A DNA stretch of 64,000 nt. Origin: a virus. The notes under the pieces are model-generated. The model did not search any database and was not told the DNA's origin. It saw only the letters and a program-made list of their open reading frames with translations. Shown piece after piece: positions 46,017 through 54,700 of the stretch (its first letter is position 1; each line of letters starts with the position of its first letter). The translations under genes were made by a program, and so were the position numbers. Location: positions 1 through 64,000 of the IMG/VR virus record IMGVR_UViG_3300009703_000010. The stretch is one strand, 5' to 3'.

Positions 46017-47027
46017 TTAGTCATCCTCCGATGCCATGAGTTCGATGTCCATCCACTTCCTTTCGAGATAGGCTCCATCATCTCCCCATAAGACGTAAAG
46101 AAACAAATCATATGAACCGTTGGTGAAGTTGCTTAGGGATAGAGTATATTCATCCCATTCTTCATTCTGAATCACATAGGACTCCGATGTCCAATTTGCT
46201 GGGCCTTCTGTATTCGAATGATTAGTGCCGTTTGTCCATGCTAACCACTGAATGCTAATGTTCTCTGAGACACCCGCGTTGGTGCAATCGATATCGAATG
46301 AAACGGACACAGTGGTGTTGTTGTTGTTTGTATATGGATACGCGCTGTATATCACCGGGTCACATGGCTCAGATGGTGGATATTCGCAAGTCCCATCATC
46401 CTCATCAGCAGTTGAATTGTAATTCTCTGCTTCTGGATCGGTGCAACCTGTGGTCGGCTCGGGCTCGGGTTCCGGTTCGGGTTCCGGTTCGGGCTCGCAG
46501 GAACCATCATCCGAATCTGCATTTTCGTCGAAGTTCGTGGCTTCTGGATCTGTGCAGCCCCATACAGGGTAGTAACCGCCGCTGCCGTTATCATCATCCC
46601 AAACCGAATCGCCACCCCAATCGGTTATGTCTACTATCCCGAGACCCTCAAGGCCGGATGCGCCAAGCAACGCCAATATCGGCGCAAGCGTAATGAGTAA
46701 AGTCTTGATCTTCTGTGCTTTGGTTATCGCCGAATCAATTGCGCGATCAACTATATCCCCCTCAAGGGTGGTCTCTACACAAACGTCGGTTTTATTTTCT
46801 CCACCATTCAGAACGGTGTTATCCTTGATATCCTTGCTGATGTCTTGGACGGTTGCGATAAGTGCCGCCGCCTCTTTCAGTTGATCCGCGAGATTGCCTT
46901 TTGTTGAATCATTTAGAAGACCATCATCATTGAGGTCAGCACGAATGTCTTCTTCAGAGCGGCCTGTTGCTTCCATTAGAAGTCGGATTCTTTTATCCAA
47001 TTCAGCCGAGTCAGTCTTCTCCGGCAT
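46017..47027 (-). CDS. single-pass membrane protein with duplicated CTDPEA-x-N(F/Y)...DDG(S/T)C modules separated by an (EP)7 linker
   Basis: It is 336 aa. The TM helix LLITLAPILALLGASGL is followed by GCTDPEATNFDENADSDDGSCE, PEPEPEPEPEPEPE and GCTDPEAENYNSTADEDDGTCEY. Confidence 0.6.
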   Translation of the reverse strand: MPEKTDSAELDKRIRLLMEATGRSEEDIRADLNDDGLLNDSTKGNLADQLKEAAALIATVQDISKDIKDNTVLNGGENKTDVCVETTLEGDIVDRAIDSAITKAQKIKTLLITLAPILALLGASGLEGLGIVDITDWGGDSVWDDDNGSGGYYPVWGCTDPEATNFDENADSDDGSCEPEPEPEPEPEPEPTTGCTDPEAENYNSTADEDDGTCEYPPSEPCDPVIYSAYPYTNNNNTTVSVSFDIDCTNAGVSENISIQWLAWTNGTNHSNTEGPANWTSESYVIQNEEWDEYTLSLSNFTNGSYDLFLYVLWGDDGAYLERKWMDIELMASEDD

Positions 47028-47325
47028 CCATATCCCTCACTTCATCGATTGTCTCCGCCGCGTCGGCTACAACATCCGTGCCATCCTTAACCGCATCAAC
47101 AACCTCCTCGAGAGTAACCTTGCCATCCGCCATGATAGCCTGATAACGCTGTAGACCCCACATCAGAACACCACCGATCGCAAGTCCAATTCCAATAGCA
47201 ACACCGGTGTCCATGATTATTGATTTGGAGAACCGGCAAATGAATTGAAGGCACTCATATGGGACATGATCCACCACACGATAGCCTCGTGTATCCCCCT
47301 TAGCGTGTATGAGTTGTGTATTCAT
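47011..47325 (-). CDS. small membrane protein
   Basis: It is 104 aa with the hydrophobic segment GVAIGIGLAIGGVLMWGL. Confidence 0.5.
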   Translation of the reverse strand: MNTQLIHAKGDTRGYRVVDHVPYECLQFICRFSKSIIMDTGVAIGIGLAIGGVLMWGLQRYQAIMADGKVTLEEVVDAVKDGTDVVADAAETIDEVRDMDAGED

Positions 47326-47333
47326 AACCTAAC

Positions 47334-47367
47334 AGGTTGGAGTCTCTCCTATGGAGAGACCTCCAAC
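47334..47367. promoter_or_regulatory. 15-bp inverted repeat hairpin (one bulge) 9 nt upstream of the minus-strand ATG at 47325
   Basis: GGTTGGAGTCTCTCC-TAT-GGAGAGACCTCCAACC lies in a divergent intergenic region. Confidence 0.6.
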
Positions 47368-47480
47368 CTGCCTATTCTCAAATGAGCCTGACCGATCACG
47401 ATTGTCGGACTATTGCGTCACGGGACGCCCCCACTCTTGAGACATTTGATCCAGTGAACTCATGATTTCAGGCGTTTGGG

Positions 47481-47507
47481 TTTTATATCTACACGTGACA
47501 GTTGTCA
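47481..47507 (+). promoter_or_regulatory. TATA-like box TTTTATAT followed by the palindrome GTGACAGTTGTCAC
   Basis: Direct reading, upstream of the helicase gene. The palindrome half-site carries the TGACA/TGTCA motif seen at other promoters. Confidence 0.45.
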
Positions 47508-47579
47508 CTGACAATTGGTTTGGTATCCCAGCGATGCCTTCACCTGAAGTTGATGATGGTGGGGAGTGGAACACAAATC

Positions 47580-49316
47580 ATGCCAGTGGTGAAAATCAAC
47601 ATTCCATCGCAAGTCCCTCTCCCCGACCTATGGGATCAAGTAAAACCCCTGTTTCCTATGGCAGAGCCACGCCCACTTCAAGGTGAAGCCCTGTCTGTGA
47701 TCAAATGGGCGATGGATAATGATAAAGAGGGATTCGACAACATTGTGATTCAGGCACCAACCGGGATTGGTAAATCGCCCATCGCGATTACCATTCAAGC
47801 AATGCACAGCGATGCATACTTGATCACGCCATCACTTGGCCTTACAGATCAATACCGTTCTGATTATGGAACGCGGCTGGTTGAAGTTCGTGGACGAGGG
47901 AACTTCGAATGTTGGGCTCGGGATGGAACCGCCACAGGTGCACCCTGCTATCAGGGCAAGCGCCGATGCAAACATACCGAAGAGGCTGACCCCTGTCCAT
48001 ATTATGCACAGAAGTTCCGGGCAAGAGGTCATCGATTAGCGTTGTCCAATCCATCATATCTATTTCGTGTGGTGCAAGGGGATGATATGTTCGAGCGCCG
48101 CTCATTACTGATAGTGGACGAAGCACATAAATTGGAATCCTTCTTCATGGATATGTTGGAGGTATCCATTACTCTCGATGATTGGATGTTGGCCTTCGGT
48201 GGTAATATCCACATGCCTCACCATTACCACACAGCGGATTGGGTGCCTGAAATTGATGCGATGCATGTTGCTTGCGCTCGTGGACTCGATGCACTTGATC
48301 CAGAAGACCCGGTGTATGATGATGAGCGTGAAGCATGGGATAGGCTTCTTCGCAAGGTATCGATGCTTCGAACCCTTTTGCAAGACCCGACTAATGTAGT
48401 GAGCGAGATCAAGGCTGATGTTGCTACTTTCAAACCGGTTCGGGTTGGTCCTTGGGTTCCGAATTACCTTGCTCGTTGTGGTAAGCAGCGCCTGTTCATG
48501 TCGGCTACGATATTGGACATTGACACATTCCTCGACTCACTTGGTCTCGCTGATCAGCGCACTCTGTATGTCAACATCACCGAATCACCATTCCCAAAAG
48601 AGAACACCAAAATCCACTACGCACCATGCGGCCCAATGTCTTGGGGCAAGCGGAAGCATACTATCCCGAAGCAAGTAAAGGCCATCGCCCGAATCATGAA
48701 GCACTTCAGCGAAGAGCGTGGTGTGATACTGCCTCATTCACACGCAATCAGGAAAGAGATAGTGCAAGGTCTCGAAGCCGCAGGGTTTGGAGATAGGATA
48801 CTTACGCATGGCTCATCCAAAGCAGAGAGACAACCAATTCTGGATAGGTTCATGACCGACTTCAGCAAGCCGTATGTTCTGATCTCAACATATGTGAATG
48901 AGGGTTTCGACTTTCATGGCCGGTTGGCTGAGTGGTTGGTCTTGGTCAAAATCCCATATCTCTACACACCGGATCCTCAAATTGCAACCCGCATGGAAAC
49001 GGATGAACATCGATGGCGAGCAAAGTATGAAGGGACTCCTGAATGTCCATACGAGCCATCTACACAATACAGTGGAAAGTTGTGCGGATCTTGGACTTGC
49101 CCGAAGCCGTGCCAATCATGGTTCAATACACAGACCGCTTTGAAATTGGTGCAGATGGCCGGGCGCATTGTAAGAACCTCCGAAGACGTGGGCGCGGTTT
49201 TCATTCTTGATCGTGGATGGGATCGGTTCCTGAAAAGCAACGGGCATTTGTTACCTTCATGGTTCAAGGACTCGCTCTCGCCCCCCCCTTCTTGGCTACG
49301 GAGGTCACTACCATGA
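47580..49316 (+). CDS. XPD/DinG-like (Rad3 family) Fe-S DNA helicase
   Basis: It has Walker A APTGIGKSP and DEAH box VDEAHKL. Four Cys lie between them (CWARDG..APCYQGKRRC..PCPYY). The start is trimmed to the first ATG (MPVVKIN). Confidence 0.75.
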   Translation: MPVVKINIPSQVPLPDLWDQVKPLFPMAEPRPLQGEALSVIKWAMDNDKEGFDNIVIQAPTGIGKSPIAITIQAMHSDAYLITPSLGLTDQYRSDYGTRLVEVRGRGNFECWARDGTATGAPCYQGKRRCKHTEEADPCPYYAQKFRARGHRLALSNPSYLFRVVQGDDMFERRSLLIVDEAHKLESFFMDMLEVSITLDDWMLAFGGNIHMPHHYHTADWVPEIDAMHVACARGLDALDPEDPVYDDEREAWDRLLRKVSMLRTLLQDPTNVVSEIKADVATFKPVRVGPWVPNYLARCGKQRLFMSATILDIDTFLDSLGLADQRTLYVNITESPFPKENTKIHYAPCGPMSWGKRKHTIPKQVKAIARIMKHFSEERGVILPHSHAIRKEIVQGLEAAGFGDRILTHGSSKAERQPILDRFMTDFSKPYVLISTYVNEGFDFHGRLAEWLVLVKIPYLYTPDPQIATRMETDEHRWRAKYEGTPECPYEPSTQYSGKLCGSWTCPKPCQSWFNTQTALKLVQMAGRIVRTSEDVGAVFILDRGWDRFLKSNGHLLPSWFKDSLSPPPSWLRRSLP

Positions 49317-49747
49317 AAGTATACCTATGCGGGCCGTTGGATTTGGCGCTTCTTGATCACTGTGTGAAGTGGCGTGAGTTCGCGAGATTAGAATTGGATG
49401 ATATGGACTGTATTGGTATTGACCCGGTTCGTGGAGACAACCATCCTTCGCCTAATGATACCGGAGACTTATCAACAATACCAACCCAACCGAAGCCGCT
49501 CGTTGCTCGTGATATGCGGGATGTTAGTAGATGCGATATCGTTTTGTGTTATTGGCCAGCGGATGCAACAAAGAGGGGCATTGGAACTTTGATGGAGATC
49601 GCTCTCGCTATGCTTTGGCACAAACCTGTGTTACTCATTGATCCGGGCAAGCAAATTACACATCATCCTTGGATAGAGGTTGCTGTGACAGAACACCACG
49701 ATACCCTCTTATCAGCCCTCAATTCAATTGATACCTATTGGAGATGA
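49313..49747 (+). CDS. nucleoside 2-deoxyribosyltransferase-like protein
   Basis: It is trimmed to MKVYLCGPLD, whose ATG overlaps the helicase stop (ATGA). The patterns VARDMRDV..CDIVL and GTLMEIALA..KPVLLI fit the fold. Confidence 0.55.
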   Translation: MKVYLCGPLDLALLDHCVKWREFARLELDDMDCIGIDPVRGDNHPSPNDTGDLSTIPTQPKPLVARDMRDVSRCDIVLCYWPADATKRGIGTLMEIALAMLWHKPVLLIDPGKQITHHPWIEVAVTEHHDTLLSALNSIDTYWR

Positions 49748-49751
49748 AAAC

Positions 49752-50840
49752 ATGCCTGAATTATTAACTGGAGACCTGAAACTGATTGCAGAGGATTGGA
49801 GGCGTCAGGGAGCGCATGGTGACATGCCTGCCGCGCTCTTTGAAAGCATTACTTCGGGTGCTCGGGGTTGGGAGAAGCGTGTGGTGAAGAATATCGCATT
49901 CAAATCGGTTCTCTTCATGCCTGACGGCACCGTCAAGAATTGGAAACAAATTGTCTCTGATTGGAAATACGTCAATTCAGTCTATGGCAAGAAGACATTT
50001 TGCTACGCTTGTGGTAAGAACCCCATTGTGGAGAATTGCATTATCCGCAACCGCGAGACCCTTGAGGAAGTGATCATCGGCAATCTATGTGTGATACGCT
50101 ATCTCGAGATTGAGGTTGATGGGGTGTTGCTCACTGAAGCAGAGAAGCGCGAGTTTCTAACCGGGCAAATGACCGAAGCACGCAAAGAGTATCTCCGGCA
50201 ACAATTCATGGAGAAGTGTCCGTCTGTATGGGATGATCTCACAAAGTTCGAGGATACTTTACTCGCGATTGAACCGTCACTACACAAATCCATGATTCGC
50301 CGGTTACGATCTCATGGGTTTCCGGGCAAGGTATTGGAACTTCGTTGGCTCAAGTTCTTATCGAAGGCTGATGGCTTGAAGCAGGCGCAGGAGTTTGCGA
50401 CACAGAAACGCCGTGAGCGAGAAAGTCAAGTGCGTGAAACGATGCGATCTCGAGCAGCAAATCGGTCGGCACGGATGGAACTCGTGCGAGCCCAAAGACG
50501 GGAGAAGGCAGCACAAATCGTTGAGATGTTGGATGAACCTGACTTCTATGCAACCGCTGCCGAGAGACAACGGTTAGTATCCCTGTCCAAACGAATGGAG
50601 CAGGGTGGTATCATGGAACAGACTGATCATTCTTTACTTGCCACGCTTGAGTGCAGGCATGAGAATATCGAAGCCGGGCCACAACCGGATGATGATCCTG
50701 ATATTGCTTTCCTGTGGACGCTGGATACAGAACCATTGACTGATGCCGAGCGCACTTTCAGGTGGATTGTGATAGGCAAAGGGTTGATTGAACAGGGCGA
50801 TAGGTCCCAAGTGAACCGGATGAAAATCCGTTACGGCTGA
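49752..50840 (+). CDS. hypothetical protein with a CxxCGKN...GNxCVxRY zinc module
   Basis: It is trimmed to MPELLTG. FCYACGKNPIVENCIIRNRETLEEVIIGNLCVIRYL parallels the module in 20797..21642. Confidence 0.55.
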   Translation: MPELLTGDLKLIAEDWRRQGAHGDMPAALFESITSGARGWEKRVVKNIAFKSVLFMPDGTVKNWKQIVSDWKYVNSVYGKKTFCYACGKNPIVENCIIRNRETLEEVIIGNLCVIRYLEIEVDGVLLTEAEKREFLTGQMTEARKEYLRQQFMEKCPSVWDDLTKFEDTLLAIEPSLHKSMIRRLRSHGFPGKVLELRWLKFLSKADGLKQAQEFATQKRRERESQVRETMRSRAANRSARMELVRAQRREKAAQIVEMLDEPDFYATAAERQRLVSLSKRMEQGGIMEQTDHSLLATLECRHENIEAGPQPDDDPDIAFLWTLDTEPLTDAERTFRWIVIGKGLIEQGDRSQVNRMKIRYG

Positions 50841-50855
50841 TACTTGCTATGTATG

Positions 50856-50930
50856 CCGCTCGTATACGCGCGTTAGCGGCTCCGGTGGGTAAATCATCCA
50901 CCTCTGACAGGAAACGCCCTTAAACGGGCT
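50856..50930 (+). repeat. dispersed intergenic repeat, copy C (core TGACAG at 50905-50910), between convergent gene ends
   Basis: It reads CGTATACGCGCGTTAGCGGCTCCGGTGGGTAAATCATCCACCTCTGACAGGAAACGCCCTTAAACGGGC. Confidence 0.7.
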
Positions 50931-50938
50931 GTATTTAC

Positions 50939-51400
50939 TCAATTATGGAACGGCTTTGTTTCGCGGTATGCGGGTGCAAGGCTGGCCCAGTCCGGCTGTC
51001 CCCAAAACAAAGAACCATCTCTGCGGTTCTTGCGAAGGGTCATCGGCTGCCCTCTACTATCAAGTTCAACGCTTGGTGACAGAAGAAGGAGATCACGGAT
51101 TCGGCTACGCAGACGGTCTTGGATTGCATCCACCCCGCCGACACGGTTGATTCTCTTGGTGTGGCTGATGATATGATCTGCACCCGCCCACTTGGCGAGC
51201 GCAAGCACCTTAACAGCATCCTTACCAACGGATCTGCTTTGCCGCCCTTCGATGCTTGAATAGACCCGGATGAAGTGCCGGTAATTGTAGCGGTATTCGT
51301 AGACTCGCTCTTTGACTCCAGTTATCACAACCGGGACAAAGCCAAGTGGTGTCAGGGTGTCTTCGATTTCATCAACAGTGATTGGTGTGTATGTTGCCAT
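50939..51400 (-). CDS. hypothetical protein
   Basis: It is a 153-aa ORF and the last gene of a short minus-strand operon. Confidence 0.5.
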   Translation of the reverse strand: MATYTPITVDEIEDTLTPLGFVPVVITGVKERVYEYRYNYRHFIRVYSSIEGRQSRSVGKDAVKVLALAKWAGADHIISHTKRINRVGGVDAIQDRLRSRIRDLLLLSPSVELDSRGQPMTLRKNRRDGSLFWGQPDWASLAPAYRETKPFHN

Positions 51401-51406
51401 TCTTAA

Positions 51407-51661
51407 TCACCACTTCCTGATCCCGTAATGTTTTGGAATATGAGCATACACGTAGATTGGGATATTCTTCCTCTTGGACATTACCTTCACCTCGTTGATA
51501 GTTCGATTGCGAAGCCAAAGGGTAGCAGGGATGATTGTTAAGACAGCAAAGAACCCGAGAGGGATTACCAAAAACATAAGTGGACATCTCGTCACAACGC
51601 TGTATACAATGCTCCAGTCGGTCAGGTATCGGTCGGCTCTCAACAGGTAGTTCAAGAACAT
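51407..51661 (-). CDS. small membrane protein
   Basis: ORF 51407..51787 is trimmed to MFLNYLL, whose ATG overlaps the upstream stop (TGATG). It has two hydrophobic segments. Confidence 0.45.
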   Translation of the reverse strand: MFLNYLLRADRYLTDWSIVYSVVTRCPLMFLVIPLGFFAVLTIIPATLWLRNRTINEVKVMSKRKNIPIYVYAHIPKHYGIRKW

Positions 51662-51894
51662 CAGACCACACCATCCGAGCAACACTCTAACTGACAATAC
51701 ATTGAGGCTTTGACTCCTCTCTGCTCCTTGATTCCTTTTAGTTTGTGAAAGTAGATAGTGCGAGCGTCGAGATAACAATTGTAGCACACCAAATCGTGCT
51801 TGATTTCAGACACCCACTCAACATCACGGCTCCTGTAATTGCCAACATTGAACCCTTTTCGGCCGCAATTTCCACATTGTTTATTCTCCATCAT
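51661..51894 (-). CDS. small zinc-ribbon protein
   Basis: The ORF-track start at 51927 is a GTG directly abutting a TATA-like box, so the ORF is trimmed to ATGATG at 51894. It contains CGNCG...CYNC. Confidence 0.45.
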   Translation of the reverse strand: MMENKQCGNCGRKGFNVGNYRSRDVEWVSEIKHDLVCYNCYLDARTIYFHKLKGIKEQRGVKASMYCQLECCSDGVV

Positions 51895-51927
51895 TCTCTC
51901 TCTCCAATACTTCGCACCCCCTGACAC

Positions 51928-51935
51928 TTAATAAA
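51928..51935. promoter_or_regulatory. TATA-like box TTAATAAA in a divergent intergenic region
   Basis: The minus strand reads TTTATTAAGTGTCAGGGGGTGCG, the same box plus TGTCA(A/G)GGGG as at 37860 and 32853. Confidence 0.45.
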
Positions 51936-51994
51936 GAATCTGTCAGAACGCCCTCACTCCAGTCCTTTTCATGGTGGGGGAATAAGGTAGCAAC

Positions 51995-54076
51995 ATGGAT
52001 GAGGACTCGGCGGCAATTGAGGTGATACAATCTCCCGACAGCACAATACGATACACAGCGATTGTTGAAGAGCGAGAAGCAAGTCTCGTCTTCGTTTCCG
52101 CCGCCAAAGGCCGCATGGATTTCAGTATTGCATTGGATGGCACTCCTCACGGAAAGTTCAATCTCCTCTCTCAGCACTCAATCCAACGGCTCCTGAAGGC
52201 CGCTGGCATCCCCTTAGATGAGCAAAAGGATTCGGCGACGGGGTTCTTGACTGTTGGAGAGTTGTTGCGGGATGGCAATTATACACCGGCTCCCGCACCA
52301 ACAGCAGCAACACCCACGTATACAGGTAAGGCATCCAGTTTTGGGCCCATTGACGATACTGTGATTGGAGATTTTCTCACTTCTCTGGATCTACTTGACC
52401 GAGTAAATGATATTCTACACCATTCCCGGTTGATCCCCTTTCGGGGCGATGATGCTGGATTGGTCATGAACTTCTTGGTTATCCTTTCATGTAAGTCGGG
52501 GACTCCACTCAATCTCGAATTGATCGGTCCATCAGCAGCAGGAAAAACCCATCTCGCTTTGACTGCCCGCAATGGGTTCCCGAAGAATATGGTAATGGTC
52601 TTGGCCGGCGCGAGCCGTGAGGCTCTCAAGTATGACTACGATGAGGTTGATGGTCAGGGTAATTATCTCGTCCATGTTGGAGGAAAGTGTATCATCGTGC
52701 TGGAGAAGGATGAGTCTTCAGCGTTTGTTCAACGGCTCAAGCCCTTGATGTCCGGCGATGATGATGAGTTAGTGTTCAAGACCCCGATCAAGAATGAGGT
52801 CACCGGTGAAATCGAGACTCGGGATTTCAAGATCATCGGACAACCATCATTTGTTACGCTCACAACCCGCAACCCGAAGGAGTGGGAACAGGTGACTCGG
52901 CAATTGTTGATGACGCCGGACTCATCGCCGAAGAAGGTAAGGGGTGTTGTTGATGGTATTCTCACCGCGAAGGCTCGACCCGAAGACCTATCGCTGCACC
53001 TTGATTTGGATCTCATGCAGGCTGCGATGGGTTCAATCCCCCTGCGCGAAGTCCGCAACATATGGGCTCCGCTCATGACATCCTTCTTTCCGAACACCAA
53101 TGCTTCTCACCAACGCAATGTCACAAAGGTAGTGGGAATAGTGGATGCACTAACCGTGCTTCACCATGAGCAACGTCCGACCCAAACCATCGGCGACCGA
53201 TCATTCGTGATGTCTACAATCGAAGACAATATCATCGGGTTGATTCTCGCTGACAAAGTGATGCGAGCAAGTCTCAGCGGGGTGCCCGATGATACATGGA
53301 CGGTATTCTTGCACATGGCGGATTTGGAGGATACAGGCAAGGCACTCACTGAAGACACCGTCCTGCAATACCTACATCTCCACTCCGTGCAAATGAGTCG
53401 CAAGGCATTACGTGAAAAGCACATCGATACTTTGATGGAATCGGGGTTGTTAGAGGTGGCTCGACGAGGCGGCGGTCGTGGCGGACAGCGCAAGGCGTTC
53501 CGGACGGTTCGAACACAACAGCATCTAATGGAACAGCACGCGCTGACGCCCCTATTCCTCGATGCAGTTCGAGATCAATTGGAAACCACTCTCACCGAGT
53601 TCATGGATATTATCGAATTGTCGGATCCGCCAATTTCACCCCGCCAGCCAACCCGAAGCGAGCGTGACTTGCTTGATAGTTTGCTTGGATCTGCTGCGAC
53701 GCCGGAACTCAAGAAGGTGCTCGGGACATTGGTGCTCCCCCAATACACTCGCAGATCAAACAAACACAATGTGGTTTGGATGATGATGGATGATACACCA
53801 TCCCGAAAACACCTCTTCGGCAATCGTTGTGCTTGGCTACCCGGTTCTAAGACAATGGGGGCAACAAAGGAGCATGAGAAGCGCAAGGCGGGCATTGCAG
53901 CAGCACGCAATGCTATCGCGGTTAATACAGGCTCAGAAGCATTACCGGATGATCTATTGGAGACAATGGCGACCGGGCACCTTGAAGCATTACAGGCAGG
54001 ACCGGGCACCAGTGATACGGGACGTCGTCGGAAACGAAAGCGGACCAAGAAGAAGGAGAAGGGCAATACTGAATGA
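51995..54076 (+). CDS. P-loop NTPase, putative replication initiator/helicase (SF3-like)
   Basis: It is 693 aa with Walker A GPSAAGKTH, Walker B IIVLEKDE and a basic C-terminal tail. It is the first gene of the replication block. Confidence 0.45.
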   Translation: MDEDSAAIEVIQSPDSTIRYTAIVEEREASLVFVSAAKGRMDFSIALDGTPHGKFNLLSQHSIQRLLKAAGIPLDEQKDSATGFLTVGELLRDGNYTPAPAPTAATPTYTGKASSFGPIDDTVIGDFLTSLDLLDRVNDILHHSRLIPFRGDDAGLVMNFLVILSCKSGTPLNLELIGPSAAGKTHLALTARNGFPKNMVMVLAGASREALKYDYDEVDGQGNYLVHVGGKCIIVLEKDESSAFVQRLKPLMSGDDDELVFKTPIKNEVTGEIETRDFKIIGQPSFVTLTTRNPKEWEQVTRQLLMTPDSSPKKVRGVVDGILTAKARPEDLSLHLDLDLMQAAMGSIPLREVRNIWAPLMTSFFPNTNASHQRNVTKVVGIVDALTVLHHEQRPTQTIGDRSFVMSTIEDNIIGLILADKVMRASLSGVPDDTWTVFLHMADLEDTGKALTEDTVLQYLHLHSVQMSRKALREKHIDTLMESGLLEVARRGGGRGGQRKAFRTVRTQQHLMEQHALTPLFLDAVRDQLETTLTEFMDIIELSDPPISPRQPTRSERDLLDSLLGSAATPELKKVLGTLVLPQYTRRSNKHNVVWMMMDDTPSRKHLFGNRCAWLPGSKTMGATKEHEKRKAGIAAARNAIAVNTGSEALPDDLLETMATGHLEALQAGPGTSDTGRRRKRKRTKKKEKGNTE

Positions 54077-54165
54077 TTGTGAATCAATAGCCTCTCCACT
54101 TTTGCTGCTTTTCCTCACAGCATGCGACCTCAAGCGGCTTTCCGGAGTTGGCGGTTACCGTCATG

Positions 54166-54317
54166 TGAGGCCGGTGGGATTTGCGCCCACTAAGACCAAA
54201 GAATGTGAAATGAGGAATAGGATAAGGTGATTCTGAGGGGTGGCCGCCGGGAGTTGGAACCCGGAGATGCTTACTGTTGGATCATGATACACCGTTTTTC
54301 AGGACTCGCACCGGCCT
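54166..54317 (-). ncRNA. tRNA-like element 1 (about 150 nt): 7-bp acceptor-like stem plus T-arm-like hairpin, non-canonical interior
   Basis: On the minus strand, GGCCGGT (54310-16) pairs with ACCGGCC (54169-75). The T-arm-like hairpin is GTGGG-CGCAAAT-CCCAC (54174-90), and an internal hairpin CCGGG-TTCCAACT-CCCGG lies at 54247-64. No D or anticodon arm was found by eye. Confidence 0.35.
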
Positions 54318-54394
54318 AATTCACAGGCGGGTTGCATGCCCGTTAACCCTGCTTCAAGCCACCCATGCCGGACATACCGGACATAGAGATTGAT

Positions 54395-54498
54395 TCGGGG
54401 ATGGGACTCGCACCCACTCGCTGCATCGCCTTCTACCAATACTCGGGACCCTCACCTTGCGGCGGTCACCCCTTCGAGATGCTTCATTGATTCCCCGC
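54395..54498 (-). ncRNA. tRNA-like element 2 (about 104 nt): acceptor-like stem, D-loop-like string and T-arm-like hairpin
   Basis: On the minus strand, CGGGGA pairs with TCCCCG. It also carries GAGTATTGGTAGAAGGCG (D-loop-like) and GTGGG-TGCGAGT-CCCAT (54401-17). No anticodon arm lies at the canonical distance. Confidence 0.35.
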
Positions 54499-54531
54499 TA
54501 AGGTTCACTCTACATCCATCTACCCCCCTCG

Positions 54532-54599
54532 AGGGGCGGTGGGATTTGAACCCACTCTTCCGATACACTCTCTGAATACTGATTAGGACTCGCGCCCCA
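54532..54599 (-). ncRNA. tRNA-like element 3 (about 68 nt): 6-bp acceptor-like stem plus a perfect T-arm
   Basis: On the minus strand, GGGGCG pairs with CGCCCC. The T-arm GTGGG-TTCAAAT-CCCAC lies at 54539-55. The interior is about 5 nt too short and has no anticodon stem. Confidence 0.4.
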
Positions 54600-54622
54600 T
54601 CAGGTCTCCCTTTGAAATAATT

Positions 54623-54700
54623 GATTGTGGTTTAGTAAACCCTGAGAATTGGAACTCGTTACCGCCTGTTGGTGCTATCAGGATAGGCGACCCCACAATC
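54623..54700. other. 78-nt segment closed by an 8-bp stem (GATTGTGG/CCACAATC), a structured-RNA candidate
   Basis: Direct reading. Internal hairpins GGTTT-AGT-AAACC and GAG-AATTGGAA-CTC are present, but it does not fold as a cloverleaf in either orientation. Confidence 0.3.

Noticed and set aside
54166-54599. Calling the three T-arm-containing modules ordinary tRNA genes with specific anticodons.
   Set aside because: I could not place a D arm and a 5-bp/7-nt anticodon arm at canonical distances in any of them. Their lengths are about 150, 104 and 68 nt. The only good anticodon-like hairpin (54327-43) pairs best on the opposite strand and has U at position 37. They are reported as tRNA-like until a covariance-model search is run.
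54166-54599. Interpreting the tRNA 3'-half-like segments as an attP site for integration into a host tRNA gene.
   Set aside because: No integrase or recombinase is recognisable in the window, and there are three different modules rather than one. The idea cannot be excluded without host tRNA sequences, so it is kept only as an alternative in the finding.
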